Of a DNA stretch of 64,000 nt, positions 32,121 to 41,114 are shown one piece after another; positions within the stretch are counted from its first letter, which is position 1; every line of letters begins with the position of its first letter. The stretch spans positions 448,001-512,000 of the forward strand of contig CAVSQW010000007.1 of NCBI GenBank assembly GCA_963730185.1, written 5' to 3'. The position numbers were made by a program, and so were the translations under genes. Below the pieces are notes generated by a model. The model saw nothing but the letters and a program-made list of their open reading frames with translations. It was not told where the DNA came from and made no database searches. The stretch comes from an uncultured Gemmatimonadales bacterium. Its GTDB lineage: Bacteria; Gemmatimonadota; Gemmatimonadetes; Gemmatimonadales; GWC2-71-9.

Positions 32121-33115
32121 TACCCCCCCAACACGAAGTAGTCATACACCGCCCGTGCCGTCTGGGCGATCGCGGCATCGAGATCGGGGCCTTCGACCTT
32201 CTTCGAGTCCTTGACGTAGATCGCGATCGCCAGGTGGGTGCCATCGGGCAGGTCGATGATCCCGACGTCGTTGGCGGTGCCGGGGAAGGTGCCGGTCTTG
32301 TGGGCGACCCGGGTGCCGGGTGGGAGCATCCCTTTGATTCGGGCCTTGCCGGTCTGACAGCGGTACATGATGTCGAGCATGTAGTCCCGATGGGCCGGTG
32401 AGATCAACTCGCCTTTCCAGAGCCGGGTCAGGATGGTCAGCATCGCCGCCGGGCTGGTGTGGTCCTGCGGATCGTGGGCGTAGTACCACGCGGCCGAGTC
32501 CTGGCGGGCCTTGCTGGTCGCGGCGATGCCCTGCTCCCAGGCCTCTTTCCGGAACTTGCCGTCCGGTCCCCAGATTCCTTTGACGCCATAAGGCTGGGCG
32601 ATGATGTCGGCGGTCGGACGGTCCACTCGAATGCCGTCGATCCCGAAGCCTCGCATCCGGGCCGTCACGGCGGTCCCGCCGCCGACCAGCGAAAGCACCT
32701 TGTCGGTGGCGCTGTTCTCGCTGAAGATCAGCATGTCCTCGAGGATCACCCGGAACGACAGCGACACCCCGGGCGCCTGGAAGAGATTGTTCCACTCCTC
32801 GCCGATGTGAATGTCGGTGGGGTCGATGGTGATCATCCGGTCCAGGTCGAGCGTGCCCTCCTCCACCAGCTTGAAGGCGTGAATCGCGATCGGCACCTTG
32901 TAGGTGCTGGCCAGCGGGTACTGCTGATCAGCCTGGCGGGCGTAGGTCTCGCCGGTCTCCAGGTGGATGGCGGCGACGCCCACCGTGCCGCCGGAAATCG
33001 GCTCGATTCGGGCGACCTCATGGTCGAGCGCCGCCAGGCGGTTCTGCGCCGCCAGCGGCGCCGCGACGGCGGTGGTACCGGCGAGGAAGAGTGAGAGCAA
33101 CGCGAGTCGCGACAT
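32120..33115 (-). CDS. Class A beta-lactamase-like serine hydrolase with atypical omega loop
   Basis: Signal peptide; STYK, SEN, KTG motifs; RVDRPT in place of RLDRxE. Confidence 0.85.
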   Translation of the reverse strand: MSRLALLSLFLAGTTAVAAPLAAQNRLAALDHEVARIEPISGGTVGVAAIHLETGETYARQADQQYPLASTYKVPIAIHAFKLVEEGTLDLDRMITIDPTDIHIGEEWNNLFQAPGVSLSFRVILEDMLIFSENSATDKVLSLVGGGTAVTARMRGFGIDGIRVDRPTADIIAQPYGVKGIWGPDGKFRKEAWEQGIAATSKARQDSAAWYYAHDPQDHTSPAAMLTILTRLWKGELISPAHRDYMLDIMYRCQTGKARIKGMLPPGTRVAHKTGTFPGTANDVGIIDLPDGTHLAIAIYVKDSKKVEGPDLDAAIAQTARAVYDYFVLGG

Positions 33116-33217
33116 CGGAGGGTCCTCCGGGGTGGACGGGTGGCAGGGGTGAGAGGGCGAGGCTAGGTTCGATTGTATCCTATAGTGTATACGGTGATCA
33201 TCCTGGAGGCCATTACC

Positions 33218-35554
33218 GTGCGGATCGCTCCGATCGTCGCGGGCACCGTGGCGTGTGTCCACCTGTGCGCTTCTTCCCTGGTGGGCCAGGCGCCCGTCAC
33301 GGCTCGCGACTACGCCCGGGCCGAAAGCCGGCTCCCCATCCACGCCGATTCCTTGGTGCTCCGCGACCAGGTTCAGCCCAACTGGATCGGCGGGTCCAAC
33401 CGCTTCTGGTATCGGGTCCGGACGCCGAGGGGGGCGGAGTTCGTGTACGTGGATCCGGAGCATGGCCTCCGGAGAGCCGCGTTCGACCCGGTCCGGCTCG
33501 CCAGGGCGCTCGGGCGCGCGACCGATTCGGCGTTCTCGCCCGACACCTTGCCGTTTCAGACGCTCTCCTGGGAGGAAGCCGGGGGCCGGACGGCGATCGT
33601 GATACCGATCGGGGCGAAGACCTGGCGCTGCGACCTCGGCCGCTACCGCTGTGACTCGACCGGTCGGCCGGAGCCTCGCTCGCCCGCCGAGGTCTGGTCG
33701 CCGGACTCGAGCCGGGTGGCCTTCCTCAAGGGACACGATCTCTGGCTCCGGATCGCCGCGACCGGCGAGGAGCGAGCGCTCACGACCGATGGCGCCTTCC
33801 GGTACGATTACGCCACGGCGCCGGAGGGCAGCACCCTGTTCGTAACGACCCAACGGCTGGGGCTTCCGGTGGTGCCCGGCGTGTTGTGGTCGCCCGATTC
33901 CAGGCGGCTGCTCACCTACCGGCTCGACCAGCGGGGCGTGGGAGAGTTTCACCTGGTGCAGTCGGCGATCCGGGAGGGCCACCGTCCCAAGCTCTGGTCG
34001 TTCGCGGTTCCGATCCCCGGCGACAGCGTCCTCCCGACGGCGGAGTGGGTGGTCTTCGACGCGGTGACGGGCGCGCGGACCGCGGTCGCGGCGCCGCCAG
34101 TCCTCGTCTCGATCGAGTCGCCGATCGCCTTCCGGCAGGCGTGGTGGGATGCCGACGGCCGGACGGCCTACTACGTGGACTTCGAGCGGGGAGTCCAGGC
34201 CTATCGTTTCCGGGCGATCGACGCCGCGACGGGTCAGGTGAGGACCCTGCTCGAAGAGCGCGGCCCGACCATGGTGGAGCCGACTCTGACCCTCGGTAAC
34301 CGCCCGAACATCCAGGTCATCGCCGGTGGGCGCGAGGTGGTCTGGTTTTCGGAGCGCGACGGTTGGGGCCAGCTCTACCGGTTCGAGGTGGCGACGGGTC
34401 GATTGATCAATCGGATCACCCAAGGTCCCTGGGTGGTGCGTGAGCTGCTTCGGGTCGACGAGAAGGCGGGCCGGGTCTGGTTCACGGCCGGTGGCCGGGA
34501 GCCGGGCCGCGATCCGTATTACCGCCATCTCTACTCGGTCGGTCTCGACGGAACGGACCTCCGGCTTCTCTCGCCGGAGGACGCCGAGCATGAAGTCACC
34601 CTCAGTCCCGGGGGGGACTGGGCTCTCGATCGCTACAGCCGGGTAGACCTGGCGCCGACCACCGTGCTCAGGTCCCTGGACGGAAAGACGGTGCTACCGC
34701 TCGAACGGGCGGACGTGTCCCGGCTGCTCGCGACCGGCTGGCGCTATCCCGAACGCTTCGTGACCCGGGCGGCCGACGGGGCGACCGACGTCTATGGGAT
34801 CCTCCTCCGCCCGTCGAATTTCGACTCGACCCACTCCTACCCGGTCGTGGAGGAGATCTACCCCGGGCCGCAGGCGATCAAGGTGCCGAGGGCGTTCGTC
34901 GCCGGGGGCGATCACCAGGCGATCGTCGAGCTGGGGTTCGTCGGCGTCGAGGTCGACGGTCGCGGGACGCCGTACCGCTCGAAGGCTTGGCACGACTACT
35001 CCTACCGTCATCTCGAGAACGGCGGCGGTTTGGAGGATCACGTCGCGGCGTATCGCCAACTCGGCCCCCGGTACCCGTTTCTCGACCTCGGCCGGGTCGG
35101 GATCTACGGTCACTCGGGTGGCGGGTTCGCCTCCACCCGGGCGATCCTCCTCTATCCCGATCTCTACAAGGTGGCGGTGTCGTCGTCGGGCAATCACGAT
35201 CAGCGGGGCTATGTGGCGCTCTGGGGGGAGACCTACTTCGGCCTGCCGGTCGACTCGAGCTGGAACGCCCAGGCCAACGGGTCTCTGGCCGGGCGCCTGC
35301 AAGGGAAGCTGATGCTGGCGTTCGGGGACATGGACGACAACGTGCCGCCGGCGCTCACCATCCAGGTGATCGACGCCCTGACCAAGGCCAACAAGAACTA
35401 CGATCTCCTGATCGTCCCGAACGGGCACCACGGCATGATGGCGAGCCCATACTTCATCCGGCGCCGCTGGGACTATCTCGTCCGCAATCTGCTCGGCGTC
35501 GAGCCACCCGAGTACCAAGTCACCACGGCCCCACGGATGCCGTTCGAGAAGTAG
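33218..35554 (+). CDS. S9 family peptidase (DPP-IV-like)
   Basis: Beta-propeller WSPD repeats, YPGPQ, GIYGHSGGG, GDMDDNV, PNGHHG; GGAGG RBS. Confidence 0.93.
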   Translation: MRIAPIVAGTVACVHLCASSLVGQAPVTARDYARAESRLPIHADSLVLRDQVQPNWIGGSNRFWYRVRTPRGAEFVYVDPEHGLRRAAFDPVRLARALGRATDSAFSPDTLPFQTLSWEEAGGRTAIVIPIGAKTWRCDLGRYRCDSTGRPEPRSPAEVWSPDSSRVAFLKGHDLWLRIAATGEERALTTDGAFRYDYATAPEGSTLFVTTQRLGLPVVPGVLWSPDSRRLLTYRLDQRGVGEFHLVQSAIREGHRPKLWSFAVPIPGDSVLPTAEWVVFDAVTGARTAVAAPPVLVSIESPIAFRQAWWDADGRTAYYVDFERGVQAYRFRAIDAATGQVRTLLEERGPTMVEPTLTLGNRPNIQVIAGGREVVWFSERDGWGQLYRFEVATGRLINRITQGPWVVRELLRVDEKAGRVWFTAGGREPGRDPYYRHLYSVGLDGTDLRLLSPEDAEHEVTLSPGGDWALDRYSRVDLAPTTVLRSLDGKTVLPLERADVSRLLATGWRYPERFVTRAADGATDVYGILLRPSNFDSTHSYPVVEEIYPGPQAIKVPRAFVAGGDHQAIVELGFVGVEVDGRGTPYRSKAWHDYSYRHLENGGGLEDHVAAYRQLGPRYPFLDLGRVGIYGHSGGGFASTRAILLYPDLYKVAVSSSGNHDQRGYVALWGETYFGLPVDSSWNAQANGSLAGRLQGKLMLAFGDMDDNVPPALTIQVIDALTKANKNYDLLIVPNGHHGMMASPYFIRRRWDYLVRNLLGVEPPEYQVTTAPRMPFEK

Positions 35555-35601
35555 ATTCCGGCCTCCGAACCCCCTTGGACCTCAAACCGTCGGTTGTCGC
35601 C

Positions 35602-36705
35602 ATGCACCTCTCCGATCTCGAAACTCCGGTCCCGGTCGTCGATCTCGACGTGCTGGCGCAGAATCTCGACCGGATGGCCGCGTACGCGGCCGAGCACCGG
35701 TTGGGACTGCGTCCACACATCAAGACGCACAAGTCGCTCCGGATCGGCGCCGAGCAGATCCGGCGGGGCGCCATCGGCCTCACCTGTGCGACGCTCCGCG
35801 AGGCCGAGGTGATGTCGGACCTGACCGACGACATCCTGCTGGCCTATCCGCCGGTCGGCGAACCCAAGCTCCGGCGGCTGATGGCGCTGCCGTCGCATGT
35901 CCGGCCGATGGTCGCGCTCGACTCCGAGACCGCGCTCGACGGGCTGGCCAAGGCGGCTCGGGCGCACGACCGGCCGGTGCGGGTGTTGATCGAGGCGGAC
36001 TTCGGGATGCATCGGGTGGGCGTGCCGACCGTGGCCGAGGTCGTCGCGCTGGCCCGGCGGACCCGGGGACTGGCGCCGCTGGAGTTCGCCGGCGTGGCGT
36101 TCTATCCGGGGCACATCCGGCAGACGGTCGATCGGCAGACCGACGCCCTGGCCAAGCTGAACGCCGACCTGGCCGCCTTGCTCGCGGCGCTCCGCGCGGA
36201 GGGCCTGAACCCGACGATCGTGAGCGGCGGTTCCACCCCGACCGCCTTCCACGCCCACGAGATCGTGGGCCTGACCGAGTTCCGTCCCGGCACCTATGTG
36301 TACAACGACCGGTCGACTACCGCGATCGGCGCGTGCGCTCGGGAGGACTGCGCCTTCACCGTGCTCGCGACCGTCGTGAGCGTGGCCGTGCCGGGACAGG
36401 CCGTCGTGGATGCCGGCACCAAGGCGCTGGGCCGAGAGCCGCGGGACATCGAACAGACCGGGTTCGGGGAGCTGATGGCCCACCCGGAGGTCACCGTCAA
36501 GTCGATGTCGGAGGAGCACGGCATCCTCGACCTGGGCCGATCCAGCTGGGCGCCGCGGGTCGGCGACGTGGTCCGGATCATCCCGAATCACGTCTGCATC
36601 GTGACCCACCTGAACGACTTCATCTACGGGGTCCGGGGCGACGTGGTGGAGACCAACTGGCCGGTGGCGGCACGGGGAAGGGGACCAGTGGCAGCGTTGG
36701 GGTGA
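35602..36705 (+). CDS. Fold-type III PLP enzyme, D-threonine aldolase/D-serine dehydratase (DSD1) family
   Basis: LETP, RPHIKTHK, HRVG, SGGSTPT, EFRPGTYVYND, DAGTK, SEEHG, PNHVC. Confidence 0.9.
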   Translation: MHLSDLETPVPVVDLDVLAQNLDRMAAYAAEHRLGLRPHIKTHKSLRIGAEQIRRGAIGLTCATLREAEVMSDLTDDILLAYPPVGEPKLRRLMALPSHVRPMVALDSETALDGLAKAARAHDRPVRVLIEADFGMHRVGVPTVAEVVALARRTRGLAPLEFAGVAFYPGHIRQTVDRQTDALAKLNADLAALLAALRAEGLNPTIVSGGSTPTAFHAHEIVGLTEFRPGTYVYNDRSTTAIGACAREDCAFTVLATVVSVAVPGQAVVDAGTKALGREPRDIEQTGFGELMAHPEVTVKSMSEEHGILDLGRSSWAPRVGDVVRIIPNHVCIVTHLNDFIYGVRGDVVETNWPVAARGRGPVAALG

Positions 36706-36840
36706 GACGGGGAGGGACGGGGAGGGATGGGGTGAGACGGGGAGAGACGGGGAGGGGTGAGGCGGACCGCGCCGGGCCACCCCTCCCCCCGTCTCCGCCC
36801 GTCTCCCCCCGTCGCCCCCCGTCCCTCCCCGTCCCTCCCT
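36701..36840. repeat. Inverted array of 10-mer repeats (GGwGrGAyGG x5-6, then the complement x5-6) between convergent genes
   Basis: ggtgagacgg ggagggacgg ggagggatgg ggtgagacgg ggagagacgg ... gtctcccccc ... gtccctcccc. Confidence 0.85.
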
Positions 36841-36846
36841 ACTACA

Positions 36847-39231
36847 CTACCTCCCAACTTCGTCGAACGTCTGATTCCCGATCCGATAGTGCCGCCAGTC
36901 CTGGTAGTCGAAGTGCCACCACTCGGCCTCGTAGACCGTGAACCCCTCCGCCGTCATGGTGCGGCGCAGGAGATCGCGGAGCCAGCGCTGGCGTGAGGTC
37001 CCGCCCGGGTAGTAGGGGTAGGACCGGTTGGAGAACTCGTCGTAACTCCCCGTCATCACGACCGGCTTCCCGGTCCGGAGATCGAACAGGGTGAGATCCA
37101 CGGCGCAGCCGCGGTTGTGGCGCGAGCCTTGGGACGGGTCCGCCACGAAGGTGTGGTTCTCGGGGGCGGTGCCGTCCCAGAACATCTTGGTGACGTACCA
37201 GGGCCGATAGCCGTCGTGGATCAGAAGACCATAGCCCATCGCGTGGAGCTTCCGATTGGCCCGGGCCACCGCCTCGGCCGCGGGGCGCTGGAGAAACGCG
37301 CGGGCCTCCTGGTAGAAGGGGGTCCGGGCGAAGTTGGTGGTGCTGGCGTAGCGGATGTCGAGCTTGATCGAGGGATCGACCTTCACCAGCTCCACCAGGT
37401 CGCTGGGCCGGAAGTCTCCCTGCTCCACCGGGGGTTTCGCGGCGAGCGCTTCCTTCCGGAGCTCGTCCACCGGGCGAGTCAGGTCGATGTGGAATGCCGA
37501 TCCGTCCTCGGGACCGACGTTCCGGCGCCGGAAGACGACGTTGGCGGCGCGCACCTCGGTCGCGCGACCGGCGGCGTCGCGGCGGAACACGAGGTCCTCA
37601 CCCGGGTAGAGGCCGTATTCGGGGAACCGCCAGGTCGAGTCGTTGGTCTGGGTCAGCGGGTACTCGGTGAACCACTCGATCAGGGCGTTGAGCTTCCCGC
37701 CCCGTTCCAGGATGAAGAGCGTGTTGTGGTCCCAGCCGTACTCGCCGATCAGGCCGTGCCAGGCGGGCGGGGGGGCGGGGGGGAGCGGCGGGCGAGCCGT
37801 GTGGGAGAGGGTGTCGTCGCCGAACACGAGCCGATCGCCCAGCGGGTAGACCCGCGGGCCCCAGGCCAGCTCGTCGTCCACGATCAGGGTGTCGCCGGCC
37901 AGGCGGCGGAGGACCTTCCGGGTCTCGCCGTCCCGCTCCCAGGCGACCAGCTGGTCGGTGTGGCGGGAGAGCCGGTAGGCGGTATGGAGGTTGGCCCAGT
38001 CGCCGGCGAGGCGCGCGGCAAGCGAGTCGGGCACGGTGATGGTGGTATCCACCCCGCGGAGCGGGCGGCCCCGCTTCAGGTCTCGGAGCATGCCGAGGGC
38101 GGTGGCGCCGATCCGGCTCATGACGGCATTGACCACGTCCTTGGTGCCGACCACCGCGACCGCGAGCTTTTCGTCCGGCATCGCCATGAAGTTGGTGGCG
38201 AAGCCGTAGATCGCGCCGTCGTGCGCGACCACGAAGGTGGAGTCGTCCCGGGTCACATAGAACCCGAGGCCGAATCCGGAGCGGGTCCCGGCCGGCACGA
38301 ACTGCGGCTGCCACATCTTTTCGAGCGTTTCCCGAGACAGGACTCGCCCGTTGGCGCCTTGGCCGCGATCGAAAATGACCTGGGCGAATTGGGCCAGGTC
38401 ATTCACGGTGGAGTACATGCTTCCCGCCGGCGCCATCCCCAGCGCGAAGGTGGGCGCCGGGAACTCGCGCTCGTCGTAGGTCCACATCGTGGCTTGGGCC
38501 AGGCGCGGGCGGAGCCGGTCGTCGATCGCGAAGGCGCTCGACCCCAGGCCCATGGGCTCGAGCACGGCGTGAGCCAGGTAGGTCGCGAACGGCTCTCCCT
38601 TCACCTTCTCCAGCACATAACCCACCGTGCCGATGCCCGCGTTGGAATACTTGGTGCGTTGACCCGGCGGGTAAAACAGGCTGGTCTGATTGAGACTCGC
38701 CACCATGTGGGACAGCGTGGAATCCGACGGGTCGAAGTAGTTCCCGACCGGCGGCTCGCGGGTGAGCCCCGCCCGGTGCGACATCAGATGGCGGAGGGTG
38801 ATGTCGCCGCCGAACGGGTTGGCGGGGTGGAAGTCCGGGAGGTACGTCTGGATCGGGGCGTCGAGATCGAGCTCGCCCCGTTCGACCAGCTGCATGATCC
38901 CGATGTCGGTGAAGAGCTTCGAGACCGAGCCGATGCGATAGACCGTGTTGGCGGTGGCCGCGCTCTCGGCCGGAGCGCCGGCCGTGCCGAACCCCTGGGC
39001 CCAGATCGTCTTGGGACCGTCGATCAGCGCGATGGAGACGGCCGGGATGTGCTGGGCGGCCATCTCGTGCTCGATCAGCGCCGACATCGCCTCGGCGATC
39101 GGGGCATATTGCCCCTCGGCCGGGACGCGGTCGGGGGCGGGGCCGGCGCCGCCAGCGTCGCCGTCGCGTCCACAGGCGAGCGCGGCGAGCAGGAGCGGGG
39201 CAAGGCGAAGGGCTCGGGTCATGGGCGTCAT
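36847..39231 (-). CDS. Lipoprotein fusion: SxxK serine hydrolase + D-Ala-D-Ala dipeptidase (VanX/DdpX, M15D)
   Basis: Lipobox LAC; SVSK, YSN, HDG; C-terminal LDIRYA..NF, DGYRPW, SRHNRGCAVD, EWWHF. Confidence 0.88.
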   Translation of the reverse strand: MTPMTRALRLAPLLLAALACGRDGDAGGAGPAPDRVPAEGQYAPIAEAMSALIEHEMAAQHIPAVSIALIDGPKTIWAQGFGTAGAPAESAATANTVYRIGSVSKLFTDIGIMQLVERGELDLDAPIQTYLPDFHPANPFGGDITLRHLMSHRAGLTREPPVGNYFDPSDSTLSHMVASLNQTSLFYPPGQRTKYSNAGIGTVGYVLEKVKGEPFATYLAHAVLEPMGLGSSAFAIDDRLRPRLAQATMWTYDEREFPAPTFALGMAPAGSMYSTVNDLAQFAQVIFDRGQGANGRVLSRETLEKMWQPQFVPAGTRSGFGLGFYVTRDDSTFVVAHDGAIYGFATNFMAMPDEKLAVAVVGTKDVVNAVMSRIGATALGMLRDLKRGRPLRGVDTTITVPDSLAARLAGDWANLHTAYRLSRHTDQLVAWERDGETRKVLRRLAGDTLIVDDELAWGPRVYPLGDRLVFGDDTLSHTARPPLPPAPPPAWHGLIGEYGWDHNTLFILERGGKLNALIEWFTEYPLTQTNDSTWRFPEYGLYPGEDLVFRRDAAGRATEVRAANVVFRRRNVGPEDGSAFHIDLTRPVDELRKEALAAKPPVEQGDFRPSDLVELVKVDPSIKLDIRYASTTNFARTPFYQEARAFLQRPAAEAVARANRKLHAMGYGLLIHDGYRPWYVTKMFWDGTAPENHTFVADPSQGSRHNRGCAVDLTLFDLRTGKPVVMTGSYDEFSNRSYPYYPGGTSRQRWLRDLLRRTMTAEGFTVYEAEWWHFDYQDWRHYRIGNQTFDEVGR

Positions 39232-39322
39232 GGCTTGCACGTGGCCGACTTCATTCGAGAGACGGACGGATGGCGGACGGGTGACTCGGGAATCTACCCC
39301 CCACCTCGGTAGATTTCAGGCC

Positions 39323-39682
39323 ATGGAAGTGCAGATATTCGGAGTCAAGAAGAGTGCCCCGACCCGGGCGGCCCTTCGGTTCTTCGCCGAGCGGCGGATC
39401 AAGACCCACTTCGTGGACTTCGACGTGCGGGGGCCTTCGCTGGGCGAGCTCCGGCGCTTTGCCCAGCGCTTCGGCGTCCGCTCCCTGGTCGACGCCGAGT
39501 CATCCCGGTACGCCGAGCTGGGGCTGGGCGCCGCGAGCTATTCCGACGACCGCTGGCTCACCAAGCTGGTGGACGAGCCGCGACTGCTCCGGATGCCGTT
39601 GGTCCGGTGGCAACAACGTCTGACGGTCGGTCCGGACGACGCGACCTGGCGCCAGTGGCACGAGCTGGCGCGACCGTCCTGA
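39323..39682 (+). CDS. ArsC/Spx-like family protein (no cysteine)
   Basis: IFGVKKS..TRAALRFF, GELRRF, PRLLRMPLV. Confidence 0.8.
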   Translation: MEVQIFGVKKSAPTRAALRFFAERRIKTHFVDFDVRGPSLGELRRFAQRFGVRSLVDAESSRYAELGLGAASYSDDRWLTKLVDEPRLLRMPLVRWQQRLTVGPDDATWRQWHELARPS

Positions 39683-39702
39683 TCCTCCTCGACGAGCCCA
39701 CC

Positions 39703-40098
39703 ATGACGCGGATTCCGAAAGCAGTGCTCGCGCTCCTCCTGGCCGGCGCGGGCTCGGCGGGAGCCCAGGCCGTACCCGACTCGCTGCCCCCGACCGTGAC
39801 CGCGGCGATGGTCGCCAAGGGACGAGAGCTCTTCGTGGGGCCGGGGCTCTGCGTGGCGTGCCACGGTTTCGACGGGACCGGGGCGATCGGCCCCGATCTG
39901 ACGGACACCATGTGGCTTCACCCCGACGGGTCCTACCTCGCCCTGGTGGCGAGGATCATCCACGGCGTTCCCGACTCGGAGTCGGTCAGCGGTACGGCGA
40001 TGCCCCCCAAGGGGGGCTCGGCCCTCACCGACGACGAGGTCCGGTCGGTGGCCGCCTACGTCTGGAGTCTCTCCCGGCCGCCCAGCGGCCGCCGTTAG
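39703..40098 (+). CDS. Periplasmic monoheme cytochrome c
   Basis: Signal peptide; CVACHG, GPDLTD..W.H, MPPKGG, VAAYVWSL. Confidence 0.9.
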   Translation: MTRIPKAVLALLLAGAGSAGAQAVPDSLPPTVTAAMVAKGRELFVGPGLCVACHGFDGTGAIGPDLTDTMWLHPDGSYLALVARIIHGVPDSESVSGTAMPPKGGSALTDDEVRSVAAYVWSLSRPPSGRR

Positions 40099-41114
40099 GC
40101 GGCCCCCGGCCCCGGCGGGGGCCGTTCCTCCCAGTCCAGCTCGAACCGCTCCACCAGGTCGGCCGCGCCCAGCCGGGTCAGGGCCTCCAGGGCCCGAGCC
40201 CGCTCCGCGGCCGCCGACTCCGCTTGCCCGAGCGAGCGCAGCGCCAGGGCTCGAATGCCGGCCGCCTGGGCCGCGATCAGGGCGCTCCCCTGGGCGTCGG
40301 CCGCCCGGCCCACCTCGGCCGCCGCCTGGGCCGCCCGCTCCGTCTGGCCGATTTGCAGCTGAATCAGGGCCCGGAGCCGGCCGACTTCCAACAGCAGGAG
40401 CGGGTCGTCCGCGGTCCGGGCCAGGGCCTCCGCTCCGTCGAGCTTGGCCGCGGCCGCGGTGAAGTCCTGGCGCTCGATCTCGATGCCGGCGCCGCCCGCC
40501 AGGCAGAGGCCGAGGAGGTCTGGCCGCTGGCATCGCTCCGCCCGTTGGATCGCTTGATCCGCGGCATAGGTGGCGTCGCGAAGCGCGCCCAGCTGCTGGA
40601 ACCGAAGGGCGAGGTTGTGGAGGGTCTCGGCCGCGCCCCGGCAGTCGCCCGCGGCCTCGTAGGCGGAGAGCGCGCTGCGGTAGAGCCGAAGGGCCCGCTC
40701 CACCTGCCCCTGCAGGTGAGCGATGTTCGCCAGATTGTTGGTGGTGCGGGCGATCATCACCTGATCACCGAGGCGACGGGCGAGCTGACGGGCGTTCCCG
40801 AATCGAAGCTCGGCCCGGCCGATCCGGCCGCACTCGAAGTCCACCGCGCCCATGAGGTTGGTCGCCCTGAGGGCGCCGGGCTGGTCGTCCCGGTCCAGGA
40901 ACGCCTGGAGCGCCCAGTCGGCCCAGCGGCCGGCTGCTTCCAGCTGCCCCAGCCGGCCGGCCGAGCTGGCGGCGAGAAAGAGGATCTCGGGCCCCGCCGT
41001 CCGAACGTCGTCCGGCCCGAGGCCCTCGAACCGGTCCAGCACCTCTCGAAACCGGCCCGAGGCGTGGAGCAGCTCGAGCTCGAAGGGGTCGGGCCCCGAT
41101 CGGACCGAGCTCAT
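40095..41114 (-). CDS. TPR-repeat protein
   Basis: ATG overlaps the HD-GYP gene stop (ATGA); NLMG, NNLANI and HNLA TPR helices. Confidence 0.8.
   Translation of the reverse strand: MSSVRSGPDPFELELLHASGRFREVLDRFEGLGPDDVRTAGPEILFLAASSAGRLGQLEAAGRWADWALQAFLDRDDQPGALRATNLMGAVDFECGRIGRAELRFGNARQLARRLGDQVMIARTTNNLANIAHLQGQVERALRLYRSALSAYEAAGDCRGAAETLHNLALRFQQLGALRDATYAADQAIQRAERCQRPDLLGLCLAGGAGIEIERQDFTAAAAKLDGAEALARTADDPLLLLEVGRLRALIQLQIGQTERAAQAAAEVGRAADAQGSALIAAQAAGIRALALRSLGQAESAAAERARALEALTRLGAADLVERFELDWEERPPPGPGAA

Noticed and set aside
33116..34591. N-terminal extension of the 823-aa ORF
   Set aside because: Overlaps the S9 peptidase on the opposite strand; the real start is ATG 33115 with RBS and signal peptide.
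36701..36840. Possible CRISPR array (also 32004-32120 and 48933-49104)
   Set aside because: Units are 7-10 nt and tandem, with no unique spacers and no cas genes.
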